Assembly: GCA_963662545.2 (NCBI GenBank)
Contig: CAXXLL010000002.1
Coordinates: forward strand, 384,001 to 448,000
Length of the DNA: 64,000 nt
Origin: Gammaproteobacteria bacterium
GTDB taxonomy: Bacteria; Pseudomonadota; Gammaproteobacteria; Ga0077536
Direction of reading: 5' to 3'
Shown here one piece after another: positions 62,415-64,000 of this stretch (positions are counted from its first letter, which is position 1; each line of letters opens with the position of its first letter). The notes below the pieces were generated by a model. The model was not told the origin of the DNA. It saw only the letters and a list, made by a program, of their open reading frames with translations, and did not search any database. A program made the position numbers and the translations under genes.

Positions 62415-64000
62415 ATGCTGGAGCTTACTAACAAGCGCTCATCGGTTTTAGCCAGGGGTATCGTAGCCCGGAAATCCTGGGTCCTCATCGTCGCTGCGGT
62501 CTGCGTGAACGCTTCGGCGGGTGGGCCACAGGCGGCCGCGGCGGATGATGCTGGAGCGCGGCCGCCGAAGCTCGAAAGCGCAGACGCGAGGCGTTCGCGT
62601 ATCGCGCGTGAATTCCGCTCGGGCGTGGAGATTCTCGCCGCCGACGACATGCAGGGACGTGGGCTCGGAACGGCGGGTCTGAGCCGCGCTGCTTCCTGGA
62701 TCGAGGGCCGACTGCGCGACCCAGGGTTCGATCCGGCGTTCGGATCGAGCTACCGGCAGAACTTCCAGGTGAAGGTGGGCGTGGCGCTTGTGGGGCGGAA
62801 CGAGCTCAAGGGAGTTGCCGATGGGGACTGGACACCGCTCGGGATGTCCAGCAACGGAGGGTTTTCCGGAGAATTGGCGTTTGTCGGATACGGCATCGAG
62901 GCGCCGCCAATCGGCTTCCGCGAACTCTCCGGTCTCGACATCGAAGGCAAGATCGTGCTCATGCTCAGGTATGAGCCGCAGGAGCGGGACGAAGCATCGC
63001 CGTTCAACGGCAAGAAGCCGAGCCGTTGGTCGGCGCTACGCTACAAGATCCTCCAGGCGCGCGAGCGCGGTGCTGCAGCGGTGATCTTTGCCACGGGACC
63101 CCTTCAGGACGAAAGCGAGGATCGCATCCCGGCCCTGACGAACGACGGCCCGGAGAGCCCGTCCGGCATTCCCGTGATCCAGGTCAGGACGTCCGTCGCC
63201 CGTCGTTGGCTCAAGCAGGCGGGCATCGATCTCCAGGCGTTTCAGGAACAGGTCGATCGGGATCTCGTTCCACGCTCCAACGACGCGACGGGGATTCGCC
63301 TCGAAGGCCACGTCGAGCTAGCGGCCACCTATGAGGACGTGGTGAATCTCGCCGGCGTTATCTCGGGGCGGGGTATCTTCGCGAGTGATGTCTTGGTGGT
63401 CGGCGCACACTACGATCATCTTGGGATGGGGGGCGATCGGTCGATGCGGCCCAACGAGTCCGCGATCCACAACGGCGCGGACGACAACGCATCTGGGACG
63501 ATGGCAGCTATTCAGATAGGCGAGGAGCTGAAGTCGGTGCTGGCGCGCGAGAGCGATCACAGGACGGTTGTCGTGGCGCTCTTCTCGGCCGAGGAGGTAG
63601 GCCTCGCAGGATCGGCCAGGTTCGTCGAGGCGCCTCCGTTTCCCATGGAGCGCCATGTTGCGATGGTCAATCTCGACATGGTGGGCCGGCTCAAGGACGA
63701 CACTCTGATCGCGTTTGGGTCGGAGTCTGCATCGGAGTGGGGGGATTGGATCGATCGCGCCAGGCGAGCGGTCCCGGGCCTGAAGGTGACGAGCAGCGGC
63801 GACGGCTATGGTCCCTCCGACCAGACGAGTTTCTATGCAGCGGGCGTGCCGGTCCTGCATTTGTTCACCGGCTCCCACGATGCGTACCACACGCCGGATG
63901 ACACAGCGGACACGGTGAACGCCGATGGCGGCGCGCGCGTCGTCGCCTTCTCGACCTCACTCCTCAGGGACTTGGCCGTGCAGCCGGTGCGGCTCACCTA
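62415..64000 (+). CDS. M28-family metallopeptidase with PA domain (runs off window; absent from ORF track)
   Basis: Open frame with LAADDMQGR, FVGYGI, VVGAHYDHLG, NGADDNASG, FSAEEVGL, NLDMVG, PSDQ, YHTPDD. Confidence 0.9.
   Translation, partial: MLELTNKRSSVLARGIVARKSWVLIVAAVCVNASAGGPQAAAADDAGARPPKLESADARRSRIAREFRSGVEILAADDMQGRGLGTAGLSRAASWIEGRLRDPGFDPAFGSSYRQNFQVKVGVALVGRNELKGVADGDWTPLGMSSNGGFSGELAFVGYGIEAPPIGFRELSGLDIEGKIVLMLRYEPQERDEASPFNGKKPSRWSALRYKILQARERGAAAVIFATGPLQDESEDRIPALTNDGPESPSGIPVIQVRTSVARRWLKQAGIDLQAFQEQVDRDLVPRSNDATGIRLEGHVELAATYEDVVNLAGVISGRGIFASDVLVVGAHYDHLGMGGDRSMRPNESAIHNGADDNASGTMAAIQIGEELKSVLARESDHRTVVVALFSAEEVGLAGSARFVEAPPFPMERHVAMVNLDMVGRLKDDTLIAFGSESASEWGDWIDRARRAVPGLKVTSSGDGYGPSDQTSFYAAGVPVLHLFTGSHDAYHTPDDTADTVNADGGARVVAFSTSLLRDLAVQPVRLT

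Overview
GC-rich gammaproteobacterial-type chromosomal window in two parts. Core region (1-46.4 kb): a partner-switching module (GAF-PP2C, anti-sigma kinase, STAS) runs into an Mla/Mce ABC operon and a CHASE2 cyclase, converging on a CHASE2 Ser/Thr kinase-PP2C-FHA operon. Then come fdxA, mutS, htpG, prmB, aroC and glcEF, and a ~19 kb cluster interleaving hopanoid genes (hpnH, G, A, B, N, M-like, squalene synthase, dxs) with a complete 2-aminoethylphosphonate pathway. Five short TIR-bounded MITEs sit in intergenic gaps. Accessory region (46.4-64 kb): IS3/IS21/IS1182 debris and an integrase-less integron fragment (putative attI plus 4 minus-strand cassettes). Its attC sites are interrupted by a 147-bp MITE (twice, exactly at the GTT core), an IS1595 passenger transposon and an IS4, with IS481 and a second IS4 nearby. 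Next is an array of ~90-bp bipartite hairpin repeats delimiting apparently captured foreign DNA; a fumarase 5' fragment is cut exactly at one repeat. One repeat holds a MITE whose terminal repeat is invaded by an ORF-less group II intron with perfectly matching EBS1/EBS2. All calls come from reading the sequence by eye; no database searches were run, and start codons are best estimates.
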